A DNA stretch of 64,000 bases, taken from Perna viridis (taxonomy: Eukaryota). The translations under genes were made by a program, and so were the position numbers. The notes under the pieces are model-generated. The model saw only the letters and a list, made by a program, of their open reading frames with translations. It was not told where the DNA came from and searched no databases. Position 1 is the first letter of the stretch. Each line of letters opens with the position of its first letter. This document shows, one piece after another, positions 1 through 12,000 of this stretch. The DNA lies in contig CM074516.1 in assembly GCA_037379345.1 (NCBI GenBank), forward strand, positions 1,612,001 through 1,676,000. The letters run 5' to 3'.

Positions 1-308
1 TTCATTTCAGAATTCCGGGAACCGCCCTGCCATTCCTAACTTGCAGTTCTTTTGCTGTGAGGTTCCTTCGTGCACCCCCACTAATCAACTTACTGATGAT
101 ATGCAGGTGCCTCAATTTATACCTTCCATTATCGAAACAATTTGTCTCCAAATAATACTCTTGGATTCTTTTTTAGTTTAAGCATATATAAAATACTCCA
201 CTGGCACATAAACCCAAGATTTGTGTGACTAAATTATTCGAGCTTCGAGCGTCTGAGTCTTCCTAAAACATCACATGTAAAGAGACTAAATATATATATT
301 TATATTTA

Positions 309-608
309 TACAACGTCTCAGAATGTGACGACTCTATTCGCTACACTGCTCCATCGGATCAAATTGATACAGGGAAGATAACGTAAACTTATAGAAAGGT
401 CTGAAAAATTCCCAACGATGTTAGAACTGTCATATTTGCGATGCAAATTTTTGGTCGTTCCCCGGGACAGTTCATCTAGGTATTACTATGATCCTCTATC
501 CTACATAATAACACCTAGATGAACTGTCCCGTACTACCATACATCGTGTACTAAGTTGCAGCCCTAGATTAATCTTACGAGAAGGAATGACTCGGCCAGC
601 GAAAGCTA
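309..608 (-). mobile_element. tRNA-derived SINE copy, minus strand, interrupted by foreign sequence at ~463-589
   Basis: 321-462 matches the SINE copy at 797-950 (aatgtgacgactc...ggtctgaaaaattcccaacgatgttagaactgtc). 590-608 (actcggccagcgaaagcta) is the reverse complement of a SINE head. Confidence 0.6.
463..531. repeat. Inverted repeat / hairpin with a 19-bp perfect stem
   Basis: cgggacagttcatctaggt (463-481) pairs with acctagatgaactgtcccg (513-531). The stem extends imperfectly to ~28 bp around a 13-nt loop. Confidence 0.85.
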
Positions 609-620
609 TATTTTTATATA

Positions 621-779
621 GCCTAGCTGGCCGAGTGGTCTAGGGCGCTGGATTTAGTGCAGGCGGTGTTGCCATAGATGTCACATCGGTACGAGTTCGA
701 GTCCCGCGGAGGGAACGACCAAAAATTTGCATCGCAAATTTGACAGTTCTAACATCGTTGGGAATTTTTCAGACACCCT
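621..779 (+). mobile_element. tRNA-derived SINE (pol III A and B boxes), 3'-truncated
   Basis: A-box TGGCCGAGTGG at 628-638 and B-box GAGTTCGAGTCCC at 693-705, followed by a non-tRNA body shared with two neighbouring copies. Flanked by TA-rich tracts. Confidence 0.75.
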
Positions 780-796
780 TATATATATATATATCA

Positions 797-1035
797 CAAT
801 GTGACGACTCTTCGCTACACTGCTCCATCGAATTAAATTGATACATTGATGCAAGAAAGATAATGTACATGTAAGCATAGAAGGGTCTGAAAAATTCCCA
901 ACGATGTTAGAACTGTCAAATTTGTTCGCAAATTTTTTGCTGTTCCTTCCGCGGGACTCGAACTCGTACCGCTATGACATATATGGCAAACTGTCTGCAC
1001 AAAGTCCAGCGCCCTAGACCACTCACCAACAAGGC
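797..1035 (-). mobile_element. tRNA-derived SINE copy, minus strand
   Basis: The reverse complement reads gccttgttggtgagtggtctagggcgctgga...gagttcgagtcccgcggaagg, colinear with 621-779. Confidence 0.75.
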
Positions 1036-1779
1036 TATTGACGTCAAAGTACCAAATTAGTTTACCTGTATTCAAAATTACCGCTATTCCTAAAAGAAAT
1101 CCAAACAATCAGTGGACTTATTACGAATCAAATTAAATTAATTTAGCTGGAGATATCATTAATGCCATCATTTGAATTCTGAAATAACTTTTATCTGAAT
1201 CTATTTCGAAAGAATGACTAGTGGGATTAATCAAGTAATGAAATTGCTCGATCTTGTTTTTCTGACCTAGTAAAAAAATATTTTTTTGTTAAATACACGA
1301 AAGCTAAATTATGTATCACAATACCATGTTTGACAAAAAAAAAATAATTGTTGAAAAAGAGCATCTACTTATGAATGGTGTAAGTTCAAGTGAGTACCTT
1401 AGGCACTGTAAAATGTTGGAAATGCCTCCAATAGTGTTTTTATAACTTCAAGAAAAAATAAAAGAACATAAAATGACGTTAAGTCTTGGCTATTCAACTT
1501 TTTTTATCATCACTTCAACTCAGAAGACTATAGACCGTTTTGTGGTAAGTTGGTGAGCATGCTCACGTCACAGTAACACACAATTAAAGGGTTTATATAA
1601 ACCAAATATCATTGAAATTAAAACAAGTGTACAAATTAGCGAGAAAATGGCAGCCATTTTAAAAATGGTCGCCCAGAACAAATTTTCCTCATCAACAATT
1701 TAACTAGGAATACCATGTGTTTGTCTTTTGAATAGATTTTATCTTCATTATTCTTCTATAGTTGAGCAAAAAATAACCC

Positions 1780-2289
1780 ATTTTGACCTGTATGTTCTAT
1801 TTTTAGTAATAACGGCCATGTTTTTTAACCGTTGAAAATTTTTAAACAATCAGTTTGTGCAGGATACCCTAAGAAACAATTATGTCAACTTGAATTAAAT
1901 TTTGTTGCATGTTTTCAGAGATTTTCAAAGTTGTACATGTGAAGAACACCACATAAGCACAACCATAACTCCTACAGCTGGAGACGGATCATTTTGAAAA
2001 TTTCGGCACAAGTCCGTCTTCTGATGGTAAATAGCCATTATCATAAATCAGAATTTCGCTAATTTCTAAACTAAATTTTGACTCCTATGTCCTATTTTGA
2101 GAAACGGCGGTCAAGTTTTTTTAATAACGATCAGTTTGTGCAGAATACCTTTACAAACAACCATGCCAAGTTTCATCCCAATTGGTCAGTTTGTTTCAGA
2201 TGTTTGAAAAAAACTAACGACAACAGACGACGACGGACGCAAAGTGATGACAATAGCTCACATGATCTTTAGGCCAAGTGAGCTAAAAA
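1780..2289 (-). mobile_element. Non-autonomous Helentron/DINE-like interspersed repeat fragment
   Basis: Contains the core tgacc..tatgttctatttttagtaa..gcggccatg found many times in this window, a gacgacgacggacg microsatellite and the terminal hairpin tagctcacatg...gtgagctaaaa. Confidence 0.6.
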
Positions 2290-3739
2290 GTGATGTCCCC
2301 ATTGAGCGTCGGATAGACCAGACGACTGTTATGGCGGTTGTCCGTCGGTGGTTTTTAAATGAAAAAAAGACTTCTCTAATTGTATTTAACAGAATGACAA
2401 GGTGACTCCTGGGACTATGATTCCGTGATTTTAGGAGGAGGTCCCAATAGGTTCCAGGAAAAGAGCAAGATCCATGATATAATTTTCTCGTTTTTGCCCA
2501 AAGTTTGCATGAAATTTACATAAACTTTCAACAAAAAGGGGGTGTTCTGGATCCGCCAGTGGTGTGACAGACTCATTTGGTTATGGTTCCTGTTGATAGA
2601 ACTCAGTCCTAGAATTGAAATGAGTTTGACAGATGGACAGACAATGTTCATTTATTTTAAGCAATGACCACCAATTTCAGGTCCTGAGACAACAAATTTT
2701 CTCCATTGCAGGTATTTATTAGTCTACAAATCAGTGACTTTCAAAGTTAACGTCTCCAATGCAGGGATTTATAAATATCAAAAGGAGCGACTGCCAATTT
2801 TTATATCTTTGAATAAATGACTACCAACTTTTAAATCTTTTAAGAAGTGACCATCAATTTAATTTTTTTTTTGGTGGGGGAGGCTAAGCTGAGACTGTCA
2901 AGACCAGGATATGCAGGCCAAAAATTCTTTTCCATCTGATCAATACATATAGATTTAAATTTGTTAGCAGAATCAGGGGTGGGTTTTGATTCAAACCCCC
3001 CCCAACCCACACCCACACCCCTACCCCAAAAATCAAATCGTCTGCCATGGGACAACAAATCCATTGAGTGTTGTTTTCTTAGAATCAAACACTAAAATTC
3101 AATCATCTTTTATTTTTCTTTTAAAAAAATCCACATTTACAACATATTTTAAGTATGTACATACTGATGATTTACAGTTCAACTTGCTGCTTTTTTTACA
3201 GATCAACAGATTTAAAAATTATTTTCCTTAATTTGAAAACTTAGTTAAAAAAAATTTAGCTGACACACCTTTACAATATTGCTTAAATCTGATACAGTTT
3301 GAAGAGTTGAATAAAACAAGAGTTCAAAATGAAAACAGAATCTTGAATGAAAAATAAGGATACAAGACTTACATATCAGCTGACAACATTCTACAAAATT
3401 AATAAAAAAAAAACCAACTTTTTTTTTCACAAATCTTAAAGTTGTTGACATTTTATATAATTCAATAAGTTGTATAAAATGAGATCCCACAACAAGGAGT
3501 AAAATACTTTTGATGTCAAATATTGAAAATAAAAAAATATACAGTATGTTGAAGGAAAAAATTGAAAAACTATTTTTTTCAGCAAATCTTAAAAATAATG
3601 TTTTAATCTTATTCAGAATAATGAGCTGAGTTAAACAAGACCCCATAAGTCATGTTAAATATTGAATATAAAAAATAAACACCATCATGAAAAAATGTCT
3701 GCTTCATTTTTGTGATTATTTGAGGCAGAGAAAATTTTG

Positions 3740-4110
3740 AAAAACAACTTTTTTCATCAAATCTAAAAAATATCACTTTTATCTGATGCAGAATGATGAG
3801 CTGAGTAAATCAAGACCCCACAACAGGGGTCAATAACTTAAAATATAAAAATAAATCACTAAAATCAACTCAAAATATAAAACATCCACTGTACAGAACA
3901 TTCCAAAAAATTTAGAAAAACAACTTTTTTCGTCAAATCTAAAAAATATCACTTTTATCTGATGCAGAATGATGAGCTGAGTAAAACAAGACCCCACAAC
4001 AGGGGTCAAATACTTAAAATATAAAAATTAATCACCAAAATCAACTCAAAATATAAAACATCCACTGTACAGAACATTCCAGAAAATTTAGAAAAACAAC
4101 TTTTTTTCAC
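3740..4110. repeat. Tandem duplication, ~177-bp unit (2 copies plus degenerate flanking units)
   Basis: aaaaacaacttttt...tcaaatctaaaaaatatcacttttatctgatgcagaatgatgagctgagtaaa... recurs at ~3740 and ~3916, with weaker copies between 3400 and 4190. Confidence 0.8.
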
Positions 4111-4260
4111 AAATCATAAAAATAATTAAATTTTCTGATTCAGCATAAAAAGACGATTAAAACAAGACCCCACAAGTCATGTCAAATATTTAAAATGAAC
4201 GCAGTAAAGGGTCATTATAAATAAATCATGTGTAGTTTATTGAGACATGAAGAATGAATA

Positions 4261-6077
4261 TCAATCTTTTATGTAACTCATTAGAAGTTTTTCAATTGTT
4301 TCATTGTCTGCTGCATCTAAAGGTGTGAGACCCCCCTCCCACCCACCTCTCTGCCTGGGGTCTGCATTACTCTGTAGTAACAATCTGACAATATCAGTAT
4401 GACCCATCCAACATGCAGTTAACAGTGGAGTCCATCCAAACCTACCACCAGACTGTGACACATCAACATTTCTCTCTAGACACATTCTCACTATATTAAT
4501 ATTACCACACTCACATGCATAACACAAAGCATCTTGAATGTTTCCACCATTTGTTATTAACAGTTCTACAATATTTACATGACCATAATAACAACAATAC
4601 CACAAAGGTGAAAATCCATAATTACCTGTTTTGTTTACATTACATTTTATAGAAATGAGATATTTAACTAATTCATAAAAACCAATCTTTGAGGCTTCAA
4701 TCATTGGTGTACTAGTGTAAAAATAACTTCTGATAGGTCTATGTGTACTAGTGTAATCATCATCATTTTTATCTAGAAGACCTTTATCATCCAACTCAAG
4801 GAATAATTGTTTACATGAATCTGTGTGTTCCTTTATATATCCCATCACTTTGTCTTTATATCTTTCTTCTTTCAACTGTTGATTATGAAAGAAGGACGTT
4901 CCATCTTGTTCTTTGAGATCTCTGAATATTCTGTCAAAATAAACATTCTCAATATCATCAGATAAATACAGGAAGGAATCATCTTGTTCTAGATTTTGAC
5001 CTGACAAAAGTCTGAATCTTTCTGCTATGAATGATGAAGGTGAATATTCAATGAAAAGTTTCACAAGTTTTTGACCACAAGTTACAGCAACCATATCATA
5101 CAGTTTATCATGGGCTATACTGTAGACTGATCCTATTTTCTTTATATATGTTCCATCAAGTCTATTGAAGGTGTCAACAAGTTGTTTTCTTTCTAGTTCT
5201 ATTTTTAGATCTATTCTAAAATTAGCAACTATTTCTGTTACTTTCACTTTAACATCTTGTGGTGCTGTTCTAGGATTTATGTATGTTTCATCTAATTCAT
5301 TAGGAAACAATACACATAACACCAAGGCACAGAACTCAAAATGTTTATATTCTATCATGTCTTTGATATCCTTCTTTATACTTTCAACAGGAGATGTGAA
5401 AAGTTCAGTCAACTGATTTACTTGTTTATCTTCAGACATTTTACACAGCAATGGAAAAAAGGAACACTTGTCCATCACTTTATCCAATTTCTTCAAATTA
5501 TAATCTGATAGAGTTGTAAATTTGCTGATCATGTTATGTCTTTCTTTAGGCAGTAAGCTATAATCCTTGGATTGTAAGTCTACTGACTGTTTATTGAATA
5601 TCTCCAAAGACTTGAATTTGTTATCGTTTAATATATGCAATCGACAAGAAATTAGAATTTTCATTTGTCCATAAGTTTCTCCTTTTTTAACTGACTGTGC
5701 ATATTTTTGGTTTCTATTCTCAAAAAGAAATAATTGCTCAATTTTGTCAGCCTGTTCTTTCCATGTTTGTAAGTCTCGTTCATTAATAAAATTCTTCCCA
5801 CATAAATCATCTATGACAAAAACTTGATTCTTCTTTAAATCTCTGTATTGTAAAATGTCACCAGGAGAGGATACAAATGGGATAACATCATATTTCTCCT
5901 TTGATTGTAATTCTAATGCTACATGGTGTATGATGGATGATTTCCCTGATCCAGAACTACCAGTAACAAGAACCACACCATTTTCTTGAATCAATCTGGT
6001 TACTTCTTTTGTTGCCCTGGTAACAGTAAATGTTGATTCATCTTCTTGCCATCTTTCAATGTAACCCTGATATTTTT
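4261..6077 (-). CDS. Terminal exon: nSTAND3-type P-loop NTPase plus ~4-5 ankyrin repeats
   Basis: Walker A GSSGSGKS (5938-5961), Walker B VFVIDD, sensor KILISCR and IAHDKLYD. Ankyrin motifs TPMIEAS, SPLWYCC..GH, TPLLTACWMGH and TPLDAA. Acceptor ttattatag|AAAAATAT (phase 1); TGA stop at 4261-4263. Confidence 0.92.
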
Positions 6078-9000
6078 CTATAATAATTAAAACTGAGATT
6101 TTGTCATAAAAATTAAAATAAATTATGCCAATATTCAAAACAAAAAAATAAACCATTATTTTAAGTTTAATTGTTTAATCATAATAAATTATAAAATGCT
6201 TTGCAGAATGATAAGACAATATAAGTGTAACCCTGAATAGCTGGGACAAGAATAAGCCTCCTATATGCTGCATCCATAGCAAAAAAGCAGTGACTACTAC
6301 CAATTTTAAAGTCCTTAATATTTTACTGAAAATCTATATAAAATTTAGGTTACCATGTCAACGAGAAGGAAGTTATATAATCAAACTAAAGCCTATCTTA
6401 CAGCTCCTGGTTTCTGTTCAGCCTCACAAGCAACATAACAAAAAACGGGAGCTGTGAAATCGGCTTTTAATTGAACTGGATATTATACGACATAAAATCT
6501 GTTAAAGCTACAAGCTTCTACTGAAACAGTAATTAATACTGCAGGTACGAAATTTCTGTGTGACATTATTGTTTTTCCTGCCTCTGACCTTTACTAAGGG
6601 TTAAAAATGATGTGTAACTATTTTTGTTGTATTTTTTTACTGGGGTCCCTGTTTATTTATAGGTTGTCTAATATCCAAGGGTCTAGAAATTATTGTGTAC
6701 CTTGTGTGTTAGTACAGTATAAACATAAGTATGTGTTTGTTATCTTTGTCCTAAATGTCTTCCTATCAAAATCCTTAGTGTCTACTGTCATAGTCCCTAT
6801 AGTCTATAAGTCATCTTAAACGCTAGTGTCTATATGTTGCCTTAGTCCCTAACCCTATATGCTGTTTTAACCTTATTCTAAGTGCCTATCTGTGGTCTTA
6901 GTTCCTTATGATTTTATGTTGTTTAAGTTTTGACTGTCTAAATGTTGTCATAGTCCTCACTGTCTATATGTTGTCATAGTCCTCAATGTCTATATATTGT
7001 CATAGTCCTCAATGTCTATATGTTGTCATAGTCCTCAATGTCTATATATTGTCATAGTCCTCAGTATCAATATGTTTTAATAGTCCTCAGTATCAATATG
7101 TTGTCATAGTCCTCACTGTCTATATGTTGTCTTAGTCCTCAATGTCTATATGTTGTCATAGTCCTCAGTATCAATATGTTTTAGTAGTCCTCGGTATCAA
7201 TATGTTGTCATAGTCCTCACTGTCTATATGTTGTCTTAGTCCTCAATGTCTATATGTTGTCATAGTCCTCAGTATCAATATGTTTTAATAGTCCTCGGTA
7301 TCAATATGTTGTCATAGTCCTCACTGTCTATATGTTGTCATAGTCCTCAATGTCTATATGTTGTCATAGTCCTCAATGTCTATATATTGTCATAGTCCTC
7401 AGTATTAAAATGTTGTTATAGTCTTCAATGTCTATATGTCGTCATAGTCCTCAGTATTAACATGTTGGCTTAGTTCTCAATGTCAATATGTTGTCATAGT
7501 GCTCAGTGTCTAAATGTTGTCTTAGTCCTTAATGTCTATATGTTGTCAGTCCTCAGTATCAATATGTTTTAAATAGTCCTCAGTATCAATATGTTGTCAT
7601 AGTCCTCACTGTCTATATGTTGTCTTAGTCCTCAATGTCCATATGTTGTCATAGTCCTCAGTATCAATATGTTTTAATAGTCCTCAGTATCAATATGTTG
7701 TCATAGTCCTCAATGTCTATATGTTGTCAAAGTCTTCAATGTCTATATGTTGTCATAGTCCTCAGTGTCTATATGTTGTCATAGTCCTCAATGTCTATAT
7801 GTTGTTTAAGTCCCGAGTGTCTAAATGTTGTCATACTCCTCAGTGTGTACATGTTACATTATTCCATAGTGTATATAATGCTTTATTCATCCTTTATGTT
7901 TATAAGATTACTTAGCCCTAAGCATCATGTTGTCGTCAAAGTGTATATACATTGTCATAGCCCTCAGTGTCTATAAATTGTCATAGTCCTCAGTATCAAT
8001 ATGTTGTCTTGGTCCTAAATGTCTATGCCAGCACTCCACAGTTTAGTTTAGTTTCGCACTTTTGGCTAGGGATGAAAAATGACATAAATGGAAACCGGTG
8101 GTTGCTATGGTGATTAATAATGAAGAATCTATTGTTGATAAAACATTTTCTGAAAAAAGGGGACTTTTAAAAGTATTTTGCAATGTTTTATATACTTTCA
8201 ATGTTGAAGGGGCTTTTTTTCAATGACAATTTGACTTCATTGTGAAAGTGAAAGTAAGTCAATTTTTTACCATGCTAAATTTAATAAGTGGATTACAAAG
8301 TGAAATAGCTCAAAATCTAACAGGCGATGCCCATATGAGGAAGGGGTTTTTGAAGGGAAAAGTTTGAACAGTTTCAGGGATTGAAATAAAAATTTCAGAT
8401 ATTTTGCGGGAAATTTGATATTTTTAAACCTGATTTTATGAATTTTTTTGCAAATTTTCGCATATTTTTGCACGGTTTCTATGGTAACCCTATATGCTGT
8501 GGGTAATTTTTTTTCCAGAAATTTTTTATTGCATCCTGAAGGCCTTGGCTTGAGCTATTTCTAGATATATAGATTTACAGATGCTTGACAATTTTTTAAA
8601 GTGATAAAAGTTACAAAGCATCAGATTACAAGACCAAAATTAGGCAGTTCTACAATACTGTGGAGTGCTGGCTATATATTGTCATAGTCCTCAGTACCAA
8701 TATGTTGTCATAGTCTTCAATGTCTATATGTTGTCATAGTCCTCAGTACCAATATGTTGTCATAGTCATCAGTATATATGTTGTCATAGTCCTCAGTATC
8801 AATATGTTGTCTTAGTCCTCAATGTCTATATGTTGTCATACTCCTCAATGTCTATATATTGTCCAAGTCCTCAATGTCTATATGTTGTCATAGTCCTCAG
8901 TATATATGTTGTCATAGTCCTCAGTATCAATATGTTGTCTTAGTCTCAATGTCTATATGTTGTCATAGTCCTCAGTACCAATATGTTGTCATAGTCCTCA

Positions 9001-12000
9001 ATGTGTATATTTTGCCATAGTCCTCAGTATTAAAATGTTGTCATAGTCTTCAATGTCTATATGTCTTCATAGTCCTCAGTATCAATATATTGTCTTAGTT
9101 CTCAATGTCTATATGTTGTCATAGTCCTCAATGTCTATATGTTGTCATAGTCTTCAATGTCTGTATGTTGTCATAGTCATCAGTATCTATATGTTGTCAC
9201 AGTCCTCAATGTCTATATGTCATCATAGTCCTCAGTACCAATATGTTGTCTTAGTCCTCAATGTCTATATGTTGTCATAGTCCTCAGTATCTATATGTTG
9301 TCATAGTCCTCAATGTCTATATGTTGTTTAAGTCTCGAGTGTCTAAATGTTGTCATAGTTCTCAGTGTCTATATGTTGTCATAGTCCTCAGTGTCTATAA
9401 GTTGTCATAGTCCTCAGTATCAATATGTTTTAATAGTCCTCAGTATCAGTATGTTGTCATAGTCCTAAATATCTGTATGTTGTCTAAATCTTGACCGCAT
9501 AAATGTTGTCAGAGTCCTCACTGTCCATATGTTGTCATAGTCCTCAATGTCTATATGTTGTCATAGTCTTCAATGTCTGTATGTTGTCATAGTCCTCAGT
9601 ATCTATATGTTGTCACAGTCCTCAATGTCTATATGTCATCATAGTCCTCAGTGTCTATATATTGTCATTGTCCTCAGTGTCTATATATTGTCATTGTCCT
9701 CAATGTCTATATGTTGTTTAAGTCTCGAGTGTCTAGATATTGTCATACTCCTCAATGTCTATATGTTGTCATAGTCCTCAGTATCAATATGTTGTCTTAG
9801 TCCTCAATGTCTATATGTTGTCATAGTCCTCAGTACCAATATGTTGTCATAGTCTTCAATGTCTATGTGTTGTTTAAGTCTCGAGTGTCTAAATGTTGCC
9901 ATACTCCTCAATGTCTATATGTTGTCATAGTCCTCAATGTCTATATACTGTCATAGTCCTCAATGTCTATATGTTGTTTAAGTCCCGAGTGTCTATAAAT
10001 GTTGTCATACTCCTCAGTGTGTATATGTTGTCATAGTCCTCAGTGTCTATATGTTGTCATAGTCCTCAGTGTGTACATGTTACATTATTCCATAGTGTAT
10101 ATAATGCTTTATTCATCCTATATGTTTATAAGATTACTTAGCCCTAAGCATCATGTTGTCATCAAAGTGTATATACATTGTCATAGTCCTCAGTGTTTAT
10201 AAATTGTCATAGTCCTCAGTATCAATATGTTGTCATAGTCCTCAATGTCTATATGTTTTCATAGTCCTCAATGTTTATATGTTGTCATAGTCCTCAGTAC
10301 CAATATGTTGTCATAGTCTTCAATGTCTATATGTTGTCAAAGTCATCAGTATCAATATGTTGTAATAGCCCTCAGTATATATATGTTGTCATAGTCCTCA
10401 GTATCAATTTGTTGTCATAGTCCTCAGTGTACATATGTTGTCATAGTCCTCAGTATCTATATGTTGTCACTGTTCTCAATGTCTATATGTCATCATAGTC
10501 CTCAGTGTCTATATATTGTCATAGTCCTCAATGTCTATATGTTGTTTAAGTCTCGAATGTCTAGATGTTGTCTTACTCCTCAATGTCTATATGTTGTCAT
10601 AGTCCTCAGTATCAATATGTTGTCTTAGTCCTCAATGTCTATATGTTGTCATAGTCCTCAGTACCAATATGTTGTCATAGTCTTCAATGTCTATATGTTG
10701 TTTAAGTCTCGAGTGTCTAAATGTTGCCATACTCCTCAATGTCTATATGTTGTCATAGTCCTCAATGTCTATATACTGTCATAGTCCTCAATGTCTATAT
10801 GTTGTTTAAGTCCCGAGTGTCTAAATGTTGTCATACTCCTCAGTGTCTATATGTTGTCATAGTCCTCAGTGTCTATATGTTGTCATAGTCCTCAGTGTGT
10901 ACATGTTACATTATTCCATAGTGTATATAATGCTTTATTCATCCTATATGTTTATAAGATTACTTAGCCCTAAGCATCATGTTGTCATCAAAGTGTCTAT
11001 AAATTGTCATAGTCCTCAGTATCAATATGTTGTCATAGTCCTCAATGTCTATATGTTGTCATAGTCCTCAATGTCTATATGTTGTCATAGTCCTCAGTAC
11101 CAATATGTTGTCTTAGTCCTCAATGTCTATATGTTGTCATAGTCCTCAGTACCAATATGTTGTCATAGTCTTCAATGTCTATATGTTGTCAAAGTCATCA
11201 GTATCAATATGTTGTAATAGCCCTCAGTATATATGTGTTGTCATAGTCCTCAGTATCAATATGTTGTCATAGTCCTCAGTGTATATATGTTGTCATAGTC
11301 CTCGGTGTCTATCTGTAGTCTAAGTCTCGACTGTCTATATTTTGTCATAGTCCCCAGTGTCAATATGTTGTCATAGTCCTCAGTATATATGTTGTCTTTA
11401 TCCCTTGTGTCTACATGGTGTCTTAGTCCCTTGTGTCTTTATGTTGTTTTTGTCACTTTTGTCTACATGTTGTCTTAGTCCCTTGTGTCTTTATGTTGTT
11501 TTTGTCACTTTTGTCTATATGTTGTCTTAGTCCCTTGTGTCTTTATGTTGTCTTTGTCCCTAGTGTCTATATGTTGTCTTTGTCCCTTGTGTCCATATGT
11601 TGTCTTAGTCCCCTGTTTCCATATGTTGTCCAAGTCCCTTATGTATATATGTTGTCTTAGTCCCTTGTGTCTATATATTGTGTTAGTCCCTTGTGTCTAT
11701 ATGTTGTCTTTATCCCTTATGTCTATATGTTGCCTTTGCCCCTTGCATCTATGTTGTCTTAGTCCCTTTTGTCTATAAGTTGTCTTTGCCCCTTGTGTTT
11801 ATATGATGTCTTTGTCCCCCCTGTGTCTTTATCCCCCCTGTGTCTTTATGTTGTCTTAGTCCCTTATGTCTATATGTTGCTTTTGTCCCTTGTGTCTTTA
11901 TGTTGTCTTAATGCTTTATTCATCCTTTATAAGTTGGCTAAGCTGTAGCATATTTATTTTGTCTTAGTTTATGTGTCCATATTTTGTATGTATGGTTTTG

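Noticed and set aside
621-712. tRNA gene
   Set aside because: It has A and B boxes but no clean cloverleaf, and it continues into a body shared by neighbouring copies, so it is a SINE head.
5165-5416. Antisense ORFs overlapping real coding regions (also 23734-23943, 29300-29569, 45382-45588)
   Set aside because: They are shadow ORFs of the opposite-strand coding sequence and have no motifs.
6078-6156. N-terminus MVYFFVLNIGIIYF... of the 631-aa ORF as a start or signal peptide
   Set aside because: This is intronic pyrimidine-rich sequence upstream of the acceptor at 6078-6079; the real frame continues in upstream exons.
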